The position numbers and the translations under genes are program-made. Positions 42,844 through 49,718 of a stretch of DNA of 64,000 nucleotides are shown one piece after another. Location of the stretch: the IMG/VR virus record IMGVR_UViG_3300024955_000001, positions 4,579 through 68,578 of that record. The stretch is one strand, 5' to 3'. The notes below the pieces were generated by a model. The model saw only the letters and a list, made by a program, of their open reading frames with translations, had not been told where the DNA came from and made no database searches. The DNA is from a virus. How positions within the stretch are numbered: the stretch's first letter is position 1; every line of letters begins with the position of its first letter.

Positions 42844-43169
42844 TGTGCACCGCCCTTCTCGCGGGCGAAGCGCAACTTGCCCAGCACGTTGCGCTCCAGC
42901 TTGCCGTGGCGGATCAGCGCCTGCACGTGGAAGTCGGCCGCACCGTCCGACACCCAGCCGAAGTGCTCACGGATGCACTTGATGGTCGGCAACTGATCGT
43001 TCTCAGCGAAGAATTCGCGTGCGTATGCCAGCACATCCAGGTTGCGAGGCGTTGGCTGGCCGTCCGGCGCACGACGGCCCGGTGGCTTGGCCTTGCCTCG
43101 CAACGGGGCCTTACCGCGCAGCGTGGCAGCGATGGCGTTGGCCTCCTGCATGAAATTGCTCACTGCCAT
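42840..43169 (-). CDS. LexA-N-terminal-like winged-helix protein
   Basis: 109 aa. TPRNLDVLAYAREFFAENDQLPTIKCIREHFGWVSDGAADFHVQALIRHGKLE resembles the LexA DNA-binding domain. Confidence 0.45.
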   Translation of the reverse strand: MAVSNFMQEANAIAATLRGKAPLRGKAKPPGRRAPDGQPTPRNLDVLAYAREFFAENDQLPTIKCIREHFGWVSDGAADFHVQALIRHGKLERNVLGKLRFAREKGGAQ

Positions 43170-43630
43170 GCTGCCCGCCCTTCCAGGCCCAGGGCCTGGC
43201 GTGCGCTCTGCAGCGTGAACGGCAGGATCTTGTCTCCGGCCTCGGCGCGCTGAACGATGGTGCGGGCCCAGCCCTTCTCGTCGGCCTTGGGCGCCAGCGC
43301 CTGCTTGAGTTCCAGTTGCTTTGCCACCTGCGCCGACACCACCGCCTCATCCGCCTTGGGCGCGGGCAGCGCCTTGAACACGGGCGGTGGGCACAGGTTG
43401 GCGATCTTCTTGAGCTGGCCCACGTTCGTAGGGCAGCGCTCCGGCAGGTGGCGCAGGGCGTACCGAAGCGGCTCCAGGTTGTTGGCGTAGCCGCTCAGTT
43501 CCTCGGCCCAGTCGGCTTTGACGAATGCCATGTCCATGCCATCCCACTGGCGCAGCCACTCGTGGCCATAGCGCACAGTGAGCTTGTCGAAAATGGCGTC
43601 GATGACGACCATGAATTCAGGGCTTGTCAT
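43160..43630 (-). CDS. replication protein P-like (helicase loader candidate)
   Basis: 156 aa. ATGA overlap with the initiator gene. Layout and the LPERCPTNVGQLKKI segment recall lambda P. No DnaB/DnaC gene in the window. Confidence 0.4.
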   Translation of the reverse strand: MTSPEFMVVIDAIFDKLTVRYGHEWLRQWDGMDMAFVKADWAEELSGYANNLEPLRYALRHLPERCPTNVGQLKKIANLCPPPVFKALPAPKADEAVVSAQVAKQLELKQALAPKADEKGWARTIVQRAEAGDKILPFTLQSARQALGLEGRAAWQ

Positions 43631-44682
43631 GCTGCTGCTCCTTCAATGCGCGGCGCGGCCTCGCGCGCCTGAACGTCGATGACCGGCCCTCCAGCCATGA
43701 AGCGCTGGGCAGCCTCAAAGCCGCTCTCTGCGCCGGGGGCCTTGCGGGCAACGCCCGGGGCGACTTCCTCCATGCGCTGGCGGGCAGCGCGCTGGGCAAA
43801 GGTTTCGGTGGGTGCGTCAGGCGCTGGGGGCCCACCAGCGGTGCCGGTTTGGCACTGGGTTGCCCACTTCTCTGCGTCCGACAGCAGCAGCTTTACGGGG
43901 TGCATCTGCTTGACCACGAAAGGCTCCTGCACCTTGGCGACGTAGTGGTAAGCCACGCGGGGGGCGCGCTCGACGCCCACGCGGTCGATGAACTGGCTCA
44001 CCTGACCGGCCACGGTGGCATTCCACACGGGCCATGCGCCGTAGCGGGTGTGGTACGCGATGGCGTAGGCGCACCATGCGTCGTGGGTTTTGGTCTTGCT
44101 GCCGGGGTAGCGCAGATCGGCAGGGATTTCATGGACGACACCCTTCTTGTCCGTCACCCGCATCGGCTCGACCACGGCGTCAGCCTTGGTCGTAATATTC
44201 TTTGTAGTAGTCTTTGTAGTAGTCTTTGTATCTATACAGTCATCGGTGCAATTTGCACTGATCGATTGGTGCAACTTGCCCTGTTCCATCGGTGCAGATT
44301 GCCCTGTTCCATTGGTGCAATTTGCACCGATGCATTGGTGCAAATTGCCCGCTTCCATCAGTGCAATTTGCGCGTAGTCGATGGTGTAGTAGTTGGTCCG
44401 GTCGCGGCCGACTTCGGACAGCTTTTCGACCTTCACCAGCCCCTTGGATTTGAGGGCGGCAAGCGTGCGCTTGATCGTGTCTTGCGACCAAAATGGGAAC
44501 TGCTCGTGCCAGCGCTCCAGGGAGTTGAAAACCCAGCGGCTACCGGCGTGCTCAACCCCGCCACCCTTCTTCTTGATCCAGTAGTGGATCTGCTGGAGCA
44601 CGATGGCCTCATTCAAGCCGATGAGGGCCGCGAGCTTGCGGTTCACCAGCAGGATTTCGTCTTTGCTGAACAAAAGGCTCAT
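43627..44682 (-). CDS. replication initiator (O-like / DnaD-like wHTH) containing the origin iterons
   Basis: 351 aa. The N-terminal wHTH (LNEAIVLQQIHYWIKKK...TIKRTLAALKSKGLV) is followed by a region encoded by six 23-bp iterons. Confidence 0.65.
   Translation of the reverse strand: MSLLFSKDEILLVNRKLAALIGLNEAIVLQQIHYWIKKKGGGVEHAGSRWVFNSLERWHEQFPFWSQDTIKRTLAALKSKGLVKVEKLSEVGRDRTNYYTIDYAQIALMEAGNLHQCIGANCTNGTGQSAPMEQGKLHQSISANCTDDCIDTKTTTKTTTKNITTKADAVVEPMRVTDKKGVVHEIPADLRYPGSKTKTHDAWCAYAIAYHTRYGAWPVWNATVAGQVSQFIDRVGVERAPRVAYHYVAKVQEPFVVKQMHPVKLLLSDAEKWATQCQTGTAGGPPAPDAPTETFAQRAARQRMEEVAPGVARKAPGAESGFEAAQRFMAGGPVIDVQAREAAPRIEGAAA
44199..44230. repeat. tandem 12-mer (tctttgtagtag x2.7), AT-rich, flanking the iterons
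   Basis: Read directly. Encodes KTTTKTTTK in the initiator. Candidate DNA-unwinding element. Confidence 0.6.
44245..44382. repeat. origin iterons: six direct repeats with exact 23-bp period
   Basis: Units start at 44245, 44268, 44291, 44314, 44337 and 44360. The core is (G/A)GTGCAAnTTGC (palindromic TGCAA/TTGCA). They lie inside the initiator gene, as in lambda ori. Confidence 0.8.
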
Positions 44683-44688
44683 CAGTCC

Positions 44689-44880
44689 CTACCCCCGCAC
44701 CACGGCGCGGCGTCCGCCCTGGCGGCTCACAGCCAGCTCGCGCCCGTGCTGTGCAGCCTGCAGAGCACGCGCCGCGTGGTGCTCCGGCGTGTCAGCCAGC
44801 GCGGAATGTGTGTTGGTGTGCCCTACGCGGCGAAAGCCGGGCGGTTGATTCAAGGGCTTTGCGCGGTTCCAGAGGCTCAT
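44689..44880 (-). CDS. small hypothetical protein
   Basis: 63 aa. ATGA overlap with the upstream gene suggests translational coupling. Composition is only weakly protein-like. Confidence 0.3.
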   Translation of the reverse strand: MSLWNRAKPLNQPPGFRRVGHTNTHSALADTPEHHAARALQAAQHGRELAVSRQGGRRAVVRG

Positions 44881-45296
44881 CAGCGCCCTCCGATTTCGCG
44901 GCCCGCAAATGGCACTGCCATCTGCTCACGAATGTCCATAGCATCAGCGTCATGCAATGCTTTTTCAGCCGCCATCAACGTGTAGGTTTTGCCATGCACC
45001 CATGCGTAGGCGCAGTCGCGCAGCGCTGCGGAGGCCTCCTGGTGGCGCATGGCCGCCTTGCGGGAGAACAGCTCTGCGGTGCCTTCGTCCAGCCAGGTCT
45101 TGATGGGGGTGTCCAGCTTGCCCATGGGGCCGTGGGGGCGTCCACGGGCAAACACTGGCCCATCTTGGGCTTCGGCGTCGAGGTGTTCCTCAACGTCCGC
45201 GAGAACGCGAGTCACGCCATCGGGGGGGAGCTGGGCCAGCAGTGCGCGGATCTGGTCCGCAATGTCCTGCTCTTGGCGGTTCAAGGAGTCGGCCAT
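44880..45296 (-). CDS. hypothetical early protein (cII position)
   Basis: 138 aa, immediately after the cro-like gene. No motif recognised. Confidence 0.5.
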   Translation of the reverse strand: MADSLNRQEQDIADQIRALLAQLPPDGVTRVLADVEEHLDAEAQDGPVFARGRPHGPMGKLDTPIKTWLDEGTAELFSRKAAMRHQEASAALRDCAYAWVHGKTYTLMAAEKALHDADAMDIREQMAVPFAGREIGGR

Positions 45297-45569
45297 TTAC
45301 GCGGCCTCCTTCGCTTGTGTGGCGGCTCCGTTGCGCAAGTACGCCCAATCGACATCAGGGTGCAAGCGCTCGCACTGAACTCCGGTCAGGCGCTCAATGA
45401 ACGGGCACATTTCTGCTGGCGCTCGCTGATCGCGGTTGACCCAGTTCCAAACCCGAGCCTGGGAAACCGGGCTGGGCGCCAGTGCTGACAGCTTTTCGGC
45501 CAGCGCAGATTGACCGCCAGCGAGCTTCACCGCTTCGATCAATGCATCAACAGGTGTTGTGTTACTCAT
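45297..45569 (-). CDS. cro: Cro-like / YdaS-family HTH regulator
   Basis: 90 aa. GGQSALAEKLSALAPSPVSQARVWNWVNR HTH. Divergent from the cI-like gene across an operator-rich 69-bp spacer. Confidence 0.7.
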   Translation of the reverse strand: MSNTTPVDALIEAVKLAGGQSALAEKLSALAPSPVSQARVWNWVNRDQRAPAEMCPFIERLTGVQCERLHPDVDWAYLRNGAATQAKEAA

Positions 45570-45626
45570 CCCTTGAGAATAACACTTGTTGATTTAGGCA
45601 TCAACCCTTGTTTTCAACATTTGTTT
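45548..45626. promoter_or_regulatory. right-operator-like cluster: four CAACA-NN-TGTTG sites between/over cro and cI starts
   Basis: caacaggtgttg 45548-59 (perfect palindrome, inside cro codons 4-8), taacacttgttg 45580-91, caacccttgttt 45602-13, caacatttgttt 45615-26. Confidence 0.6.
45576..45604 (-). promoter_or_regulatory. PR-like promoter for cro operon
   Basis: On the minus strand TTGATG (45599-45604), 17 nt, TATTCT (45576-45581). Colinear with the PL-like promoter sequence. The -10 ends 6 nt before the cro ATG. Confidence 0.5.
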
Positions 45627-45638
45627 TAGGCTAGAGCA

Positions 45639-46397
45639 ATGAAATTCGGAGAGCGGCTGGATGCAGCCTTAAAACACTTGGGTTGGGGCCCTTCTGACCT
45701 TGCGGGCCGCACCTCCGTTGCTATGCCGACGATCAGCGCGATAACTACGCGCGGCAGTGACAGGACAAACTACAAGGAGGATCTGATTCGCGGCTTCCCT
45801 GCGGACAAGATCAGCCATGAATGGCTGCGCTCAGAGTTGGGCAGCATGATCCCCGCTGCCGCGCTGGATTCACAAGGAGTGGCCACCAACATCCTTGCTC
45901 CAGCACCAGCACCTCACGAGGCTCCGTCTGGAGCACCGGGCGCCCCTCCTGATTTGGTCATCGCCGAGTACGATACGGGTGGCGGCATGGACACCACCGG
46001 GCGCCTGATGCTGGACGACCAGCCAGGCATCATCAAGAGTTGGCGCGTGTCTCACGATTGGCTGCGCCTGAATGTTCCATCCCATACTGGCGTTCGCAAC
46101 CTCTGCATCGTTACTGGCTTTGGGCCATCCATGCGGCCCATGTTCAACCCCGGCGACCCGCTGCTGGTGGACATTGGCGTGAAGACCGTGACCCACGAGG
46201 GCGTATATTTCTTCCGCGTCGGTGACGAAGGGTTTATCAAAATGATCCAGCGTGTGCCAGACCCTCATGGGGACGGCGTGATGCTGAATATCATTTCCAA
46301 GAACCCGGACTACCCCCCTTACCCTATGTCACCCAAGAATCCGCATTTCGAGATTTTGGGCAAGGTACTGACGGTGTGGCGCAGCGAACAGTATTGA
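45639..46397 (+). CDS. cI: CI-like repressor (XRE HTH + S24 LexA-type autopeptidase)
   Basis: 252 aa. N-terminal HTH. C-terminal TGFGPSMRPMFNPGDPLLVD...FIKMIQR carries the Ser/Lys dyad pattern of S24 peptidases. Confidence 0.85.
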   Translation: MKFGERLDAALKHLGWGPSDLAGRTSVAMPTISAITTRGSDRTNYKEDLIRGFPADKISHEWLRSELGSMIPAAALDSQGVATNILAPAPAPHEAPSGAPGAPPDLVIAEYDTGGGMDTTGRLMLDDQPGIIKSWRVSHDWLRLNVPSHTGVRNLCIVTGFGPSMRPMFNPGDPLLVDIGVKTVTHEGVYFFRVGDEGFIKMIQRVPDPHGDGVMLNIISKNPDYPPYPMSPKNPHFEILGKVLTVWRSEQY

Positions 46398-46687
46398 GCC
46401 TGGCAAAACCGACACTCATGCTGTTCGCTGTGCTTTGCGCATGGCCACAGATGGCTGGCGCAAGAACAGAGCGCGACCGTTCCCAGGTGCGCGCGTTCCG
46501 CGCCGAGCACCCGTGCCCAGCCACTGGCCGCACGCGCGGCGCCTGTCCGGGGTGGCATGTGGATCATGTGATTGCGCTATGTGCTGGAGGTGCTGACAGG
46601 CCCAACAACATGCAGTGGATCACGAGAGAGGACCACCGCTTTAAGACCTTGGTAGATGTGAGAGAGTGCCGAAAAGACCGCCGATAG
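46376..46687 (+). CDS. small HNH nuclease with N-terminal signal peptide
   Basis: 103 aa (GTG 46376, or ATG 46418). LMLFAVLCAWPQMAGA signal-like sequence, then CPGWHVDHVIALCAGGADRPNNMQWITREDHRFKT (HNH). Overlaps the cI 3' end and shares its terminator. Confidence 0.65.
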   Translation: MAQRTVLSLAKPTLMLFAVLCAWPQMAGARTERDRSQVRAFRAEHPCPATGRTRGACPGWHVDHVIALCAGGADRPNNMQWITREDHRFKTLVDVRECRKDRR

Positions 46688-46721
46688 GCGCCCAGAGGCC
46701 CACAACTCGTTGCCACAACAC

Positions 46722-46747
46722 AACCGCCCGTGAGGCGGTTTTTTGTT
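46722..46747 (+). terminator. intrinsic terminator after cI-HNH unit
   Basis: aaccgcc-cgtga-ggcggtt followed by ttttgtt. Confidence 0.75.
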
Positions 46748-46786
46748 GCCCGTCTGAGCCGATAGTTTCCCGAAATTCAATGAAAT

Positions 46787-46833
46787 CAACGAATGTTAAA
46801 AACACTTGTTGACCGCACAATCAACACTTGTTA
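46787..46833. promoter_or_regulatory. second operator cluster (three CAACA-NN-TGTTG-like sites), mirror image of first
   Basis: caacgaatgtta 46787-98, aaacacttgttg 46800-11, caacacttgtta 46822-33. Spacings are 13 and 22 bp, versus 22 and 13 bp in the cro-cI cluster. Confidence 0.6.
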
Positions 46834-46837
46834 TATT
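46809..46837 (+). promoter_or_regulatory. PL-like sigma70 promoter of rightward early operon
   Basis: TTGACC (46809-14), 17 nt, TATATT (46832-37), both overlapped by operator sites. Predicted TSS ~46844. Confidence 0.6.
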
Positions 46838-47386
46838 TCGCCTACGCCGTCAACAACGGCTCAGGTGGGTGGATCGGCGCACACCGGAGGCTCTTTCAAA
46901 AAATGCACGCCGATGTTGCTGGCCCCACCTGCGGGGCCTTCGTCCGGCGAAAGAGCACCTTCGGGCATGGGCCGAAGCTATGCGCCGCCGAGATCCGAGG
47001 CGGTTCCCAGTCCGCCGAAGCGCGGTAAACGGGATGGGAACCCCGCAAGGGGCTGACACCACGGAAACGGTGCTGCATGTTGATGCAGCGACACGGCTAC
47101 CAGATGCCGGGATGCCCTCGCAAGAGGGCCATCACGCAGGTGGATTGGAGCAATGTGACTCGCCGCAGGATCAAGCGGAAAGAGAGCACCAGCCCACCGT
47201 CGTGATGGCGCCGCCATCAATCCATACGGGCAAAAGCCACTTCACAAACTTTGGACGGTGCGTGAATCCCCCGGCGAGTAGCCCACCCATTCCTCCCTTT
47301 GACAACAGAACCAGTGCATGCCCTGCGGGCAGGTCATGCGCGGGGTTTGTTGCCGCCTGCCCCAGCGGCGTTTGACAAGGAACCAT

Positions 47387-47806
47387 ATGAAGACCTCCCT
47401 GATCGCCTTGGCAGCTGTCGCAGCCATGGCCATGGCCGCGTGCGGCGACAAAGAAGTGCCGTTCGACCGGCTGGAAGAAGCCCGGCAGACGGCCAAGGCC
47501 AATGCCGAGTTCAACGCGGCGCTCTACAAGGCGCAGAACCCGCGTTTCACCTCGGACTTCACCATCGTGAGCCGCAGCGACGACATGCAATCGCCCAACT
47601 GCCCCCAGGGCGACGGCTGGGCAGAGCTGTCCATCATGCGTGTCGAAGGCAAGCAGGTGGACAAGACGGTGCTGATGTGCTCCACGTTCTCGCAAAGCGT
47701 GGGCTGCTACCGCAAGGAAGACTTCGACAAGAACACCAACCTTGCGAAGCAAAACGGAACCTGCAATTCGCAAGCGCCCTTCCCCGTCCCCCGCATCGGC
47801 AAGTAG
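47387..47806 (+). CDS. lipoprotein (moron; possible exclusion/host-modifying factor)
   Basis: ATG 47387 after AAGGAA. MKTSLIALAAVAAMAMAAC|GDK carries a lipobox. 139 aa with 4 further Cys. Confidence 0.7.
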   Translation: MKTSLIALAAVAAMAMAACGDKEVPFDRLEEARQTAKANAEFNAALYKAQNPRFTSDFTIVSRSDDMQSPNCPQGDGWAELSIMRVEGKQVDKTVLMCSTFSQSVGCYRKEDFDKNTNLAKQNGTCNSQAPFPVPRIGK

Positions 47807-47809
47807 CCA

Positions 47810-47920
47810 ATGGCGCTCATCACCACGCTGATAGGCGGTGGGCTGGCCGCCTGGACGGCTGCGATCTTCTACGCGGCCTATCGCCTTGGCCGGTGGGTGG
47901 AGCGCCGCCGCCGCACCTGA
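47810..47920 (+). CDS. 36-aa single-TM micro-ORF
   Basis: Own translation: MALITTLIGGGLAAWTAAIFYAAYRLGRWVERRRRT. Starts 4 nt after the lipoprotein stop and is followed by terminators. Confidence 0.35.
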   Translation: MALITTLIGGGLAAWTAAIFYAAYRLGRWVERRRRT

Positions 47921-48057
47921 CACAACCATCCATGCCTCGCGTGCGGGGCATTGGTGGGACACGTCCCGAACCTTTCCAACCGCGCCGGGGGTGTCTCCTC
48001 CCTCCCTCCTTTGTGTTCCCCCGGCAGGCCCCGCAAGGGCAGCGGTTTTTTCTCCCC

Positions 48058-48081
48058 AGCCCGCACCACGCGGGCTTTTTT
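48058..48081 (+). terminator. intrinsic terminator after lipoprotein moron
   Basis: agcccgc-accac-gcgggct + TTTTTT. Preceded at 48028-48051 by a weaker hairpin + T6. Confidence 0.75.
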
Positions 48082-48097
48082 ACGCCCAGGAGGCGCA

Positions 48098-48295
48098 ATG
48101 CAAAACGTACACACCACTGTGCAGCCGCTGCTGCGCATCCCTGGCGCACCGCCGCCGATTTCCGAGCAGGAGCTGCAGCGCCTGCGCAGCAAGGCCTGGG
48201 CCGATGTGGCGGCACTGGAGGCCAGCGATCCCCGCTACCACCGCGCGCTGGTCGATCAGGTCCAGCACAACGCGCACATGGGGGTGTGGTCGTGA
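48098..48295 (+). CDS. hypothetical protein
   Basis: ATG 48098 after AGGAGG. 65 aa (MQNVHTTVQPLL...). Confidence 0.5.
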   Translation: MQNVHTTVQPLLRIPGAPPPISEQELQRLRSKAWADVAALEASDPRYHRALVDQVQHNAHMGVWS

Positions 48296-48531
48296 GCACG
48301 AAGACATTCATCCACGCCGACAACGCACTGGCACGCCTGAAAGCGGAAATGTCGGCCGAAATGCAGCGCGCGGCAGAGCCCGCCATTCAACAGGCAGTAG
48401 CGCAAGCAGAGAAGGCCATCCGCGAGCGGGTTGGAGCCATGTGTATCGCCCTGATCGAAAAGGATTTCTCGGTGCAGAGATACGGCGAGAACCTGCAAAT
48501 CACCGTGCGCGGCTTTGGGAGCGAGAAGTGA
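48292..48531 (+). CDS. hypothetical protein
   Basis: GTG 48292, GTGA overlap. 79 aa with protein-like composition (STKTFIHADNALARLKAEM...). Confidence 0.4.
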   Translation: MSTKTFIHADNALARLKAEMSAEMQRAAEPAIQQAVAQAEKAIRERVGAMCIALIEKDFSVQRYGENLQITVRGFGSEK

Positions 48532-48707
48532 TCGACCCCATCAACTCCCCGCACTTCACCAGCACCAGCCGCGATGCCCTTGCCGCATCCCAGGAAGCAC
48601 AGGCTGAAACCAAGCGCCGCAATGAAGCCGCCACCCAGCGCCAGAGAGAGGCTGCGGCCATTGGCGCGGATCTGGACCCGGACGCACTTGAACAAGGAGA
48701 ACCCTGA
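48528..48707 (+). CDS. hypothetical protein
   Basis: GTG 48528, GTGA overlap. 59 aa. Confidence 0.35.
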   Translation: MIDPINSPHFTSTSRDALAASQEAQAETKRRNEAATQRQREAAAIGADLDPDALEQGEP

Positions 48708-48955
48708 TGCCCCCCTTTGAAAACCTCAAGGCTTTTTTCTGTATCGCCGCAGCAGTTCTGTTGACCTCGTATCTCTTGGGCGGCAGCTACCTGCTGGACG
48801 GCCCCGCAGACTGGGAATCCGAGGCCGACAACGCTGCAAACCTGCGGGATGCACTGGCACAGGCGCAGCAAGAGCGCCCCGACCTTTGGACGCCCGAGCG
48901 CCGCGCTCGCGCTGATGTTGCAGCCGGAATGGTGGCGCGGGGCGTGCAGCCATGA
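48707..48955 (+). CDS. small membrane protein
   Basis: 82 aa with one TM helix (FFCIAAAVLLTSYLLGGSYLL). Confidence 0.5.
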   Translation: MPPFENLKAFFCIAAAVLLTSYLLGGSYLLDGPADWESEADNAANLRDALAQAQQERPDLWTPERRARADVAAGMVARGVQP

Positions 48956-49536
48956 AAGAGCGCCCCCTTCCCTTCAAAGTGCCAATGGTGCGCGCCACGC
49001 TGAGCGACATCAAGTTGATGACGCGGCGGATCGTGAAAGGCGCAGCCCTGGACTGGCTTGAACGCGATGGCTTCACGCCTGAGTTCGTGGCGCTGCCCGA
49101 AAATGCAATGTGCCCCTACGGCGTCCCCGGCGACCGCTTACGGGTGCGTGAGGCGTGGCGCACAGTTTCTGCCGTGGATCACCTGCCACCACGCGAGCTG
49201 ACCCCGGCACATCGCATTTGGTACGAGGCCGACGCCCCGCACCAGCCTGGATTCGGGAAGCTGCGCCCGAGCATGTTCATGCCCCGCTGGGTCAGCCGCA
49301 TCACCCTGGAAATCACCCGCGTGCGCGTGGAGCGGCTGCAGGACATCAGCGACGCCGATTGCGTTGACGAGGGCTGTGGCGCACTGCCATCCGCCATCGG
49401 CTGCCCCATGACCAGCGCCCCAGGCGAGACGATCCCGCGCGCCATGTTTCGCGCGCTGTGGGAATCCATCAACGGTCCAGGCAGCTGGGACGCCAACCCC
49501 TGGGTGTGGGTAGTCGAGTTTCGGAGGCTGCCGTGA
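48952..49536 (+). CDS. ASCH/PUA-like domain protein
   Basis: 194 aa. KLMTRRIV...GDRLRVREAW...MFMPRWVSRITLEITRVRVERLQDISDAD pattern, common in phage ASCH-domain proteins. Confidence 0.4.
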   Translation: MKERPLPFKVPMVRATLSDIKLMTRRIVKGAALDWLERDGFTPEFVALPENAMCPYGVPGDRLRVREAWRTVSAVDHLPPRELTPAHRIWYEADAPHQPGFGKLRPSMFMPRWVSRITLEITRVRVERLQDISDADCVDEGCGALPSAIGCPMTSAPGETIPRAMFRALWESINGPGSWDANPWVWVVEFRRLP

Positions 49537-49718
49537 AGGTCATCAAGCAAGGCAAGCTGCCAGACGAGCAGATTCACCGCGAAACCTGCGGCCACTGCAA
49601 GAGCGAGCTGGAATTCAAGCACTCCGAGGTGCAGTGGTCACCAGATCCACGCGATGGCGCCCGTTGGTTCGTCATCTGCCCGGTGTGCACACGGCATGTC
49701 TGGGGTAGCTCCAAATGA
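49533..49718 (+). CDS. zinc-ribbon protein
   Basis: GTG 49533 after GGAGG. 61 aa. CGHCKSE...CPVCTRH. Confidence 0.45.
   Translation: MKVIKQGKLPDEQIHRETCGHCKSELEFKHSEVQWSPDPRDGARWFVICPVCTRHVWGSSK

Noticed and set aside
44245-44382. The regularly spaced direct repeats could be a small CRISPR array.
   Set aside because: The 23-bp period leaves only ~9-bp 'spacers'. The repeats lie inside an intact initiator ORF and there are no cas genes. The pattern fits replication iterons.
46318-46329. A ninth CATAGGG-like sequence (plus strand accctatgtcac) inside the 3' end of cI.
   Set aside because: It lacks the flanking CCC...G(C/T) part of the 12-mer, lies in coding sequence, and is outside the late region. 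Likely chance.
46793-47375. The 87-aa (46793-47056) and 189-aa (46806-47375) plus-strand ORFs as the first genes of the rightward operon.
   Set aside because: Both start upstream of or within the predicted promoter. By hand count their GC3 is only ~62-65%, and their sequences are Pro/Arg/Ser-rich. The region is better explained as a structured leader, possibly with much shorter micro-ORFs.
47171-47962. 263-aa minus-strand ORF overlapping the lipoprotein gene.
   Set aside because: Junk-like composition, antisense to a gene with a clear RBS and lipobox, and no start context.
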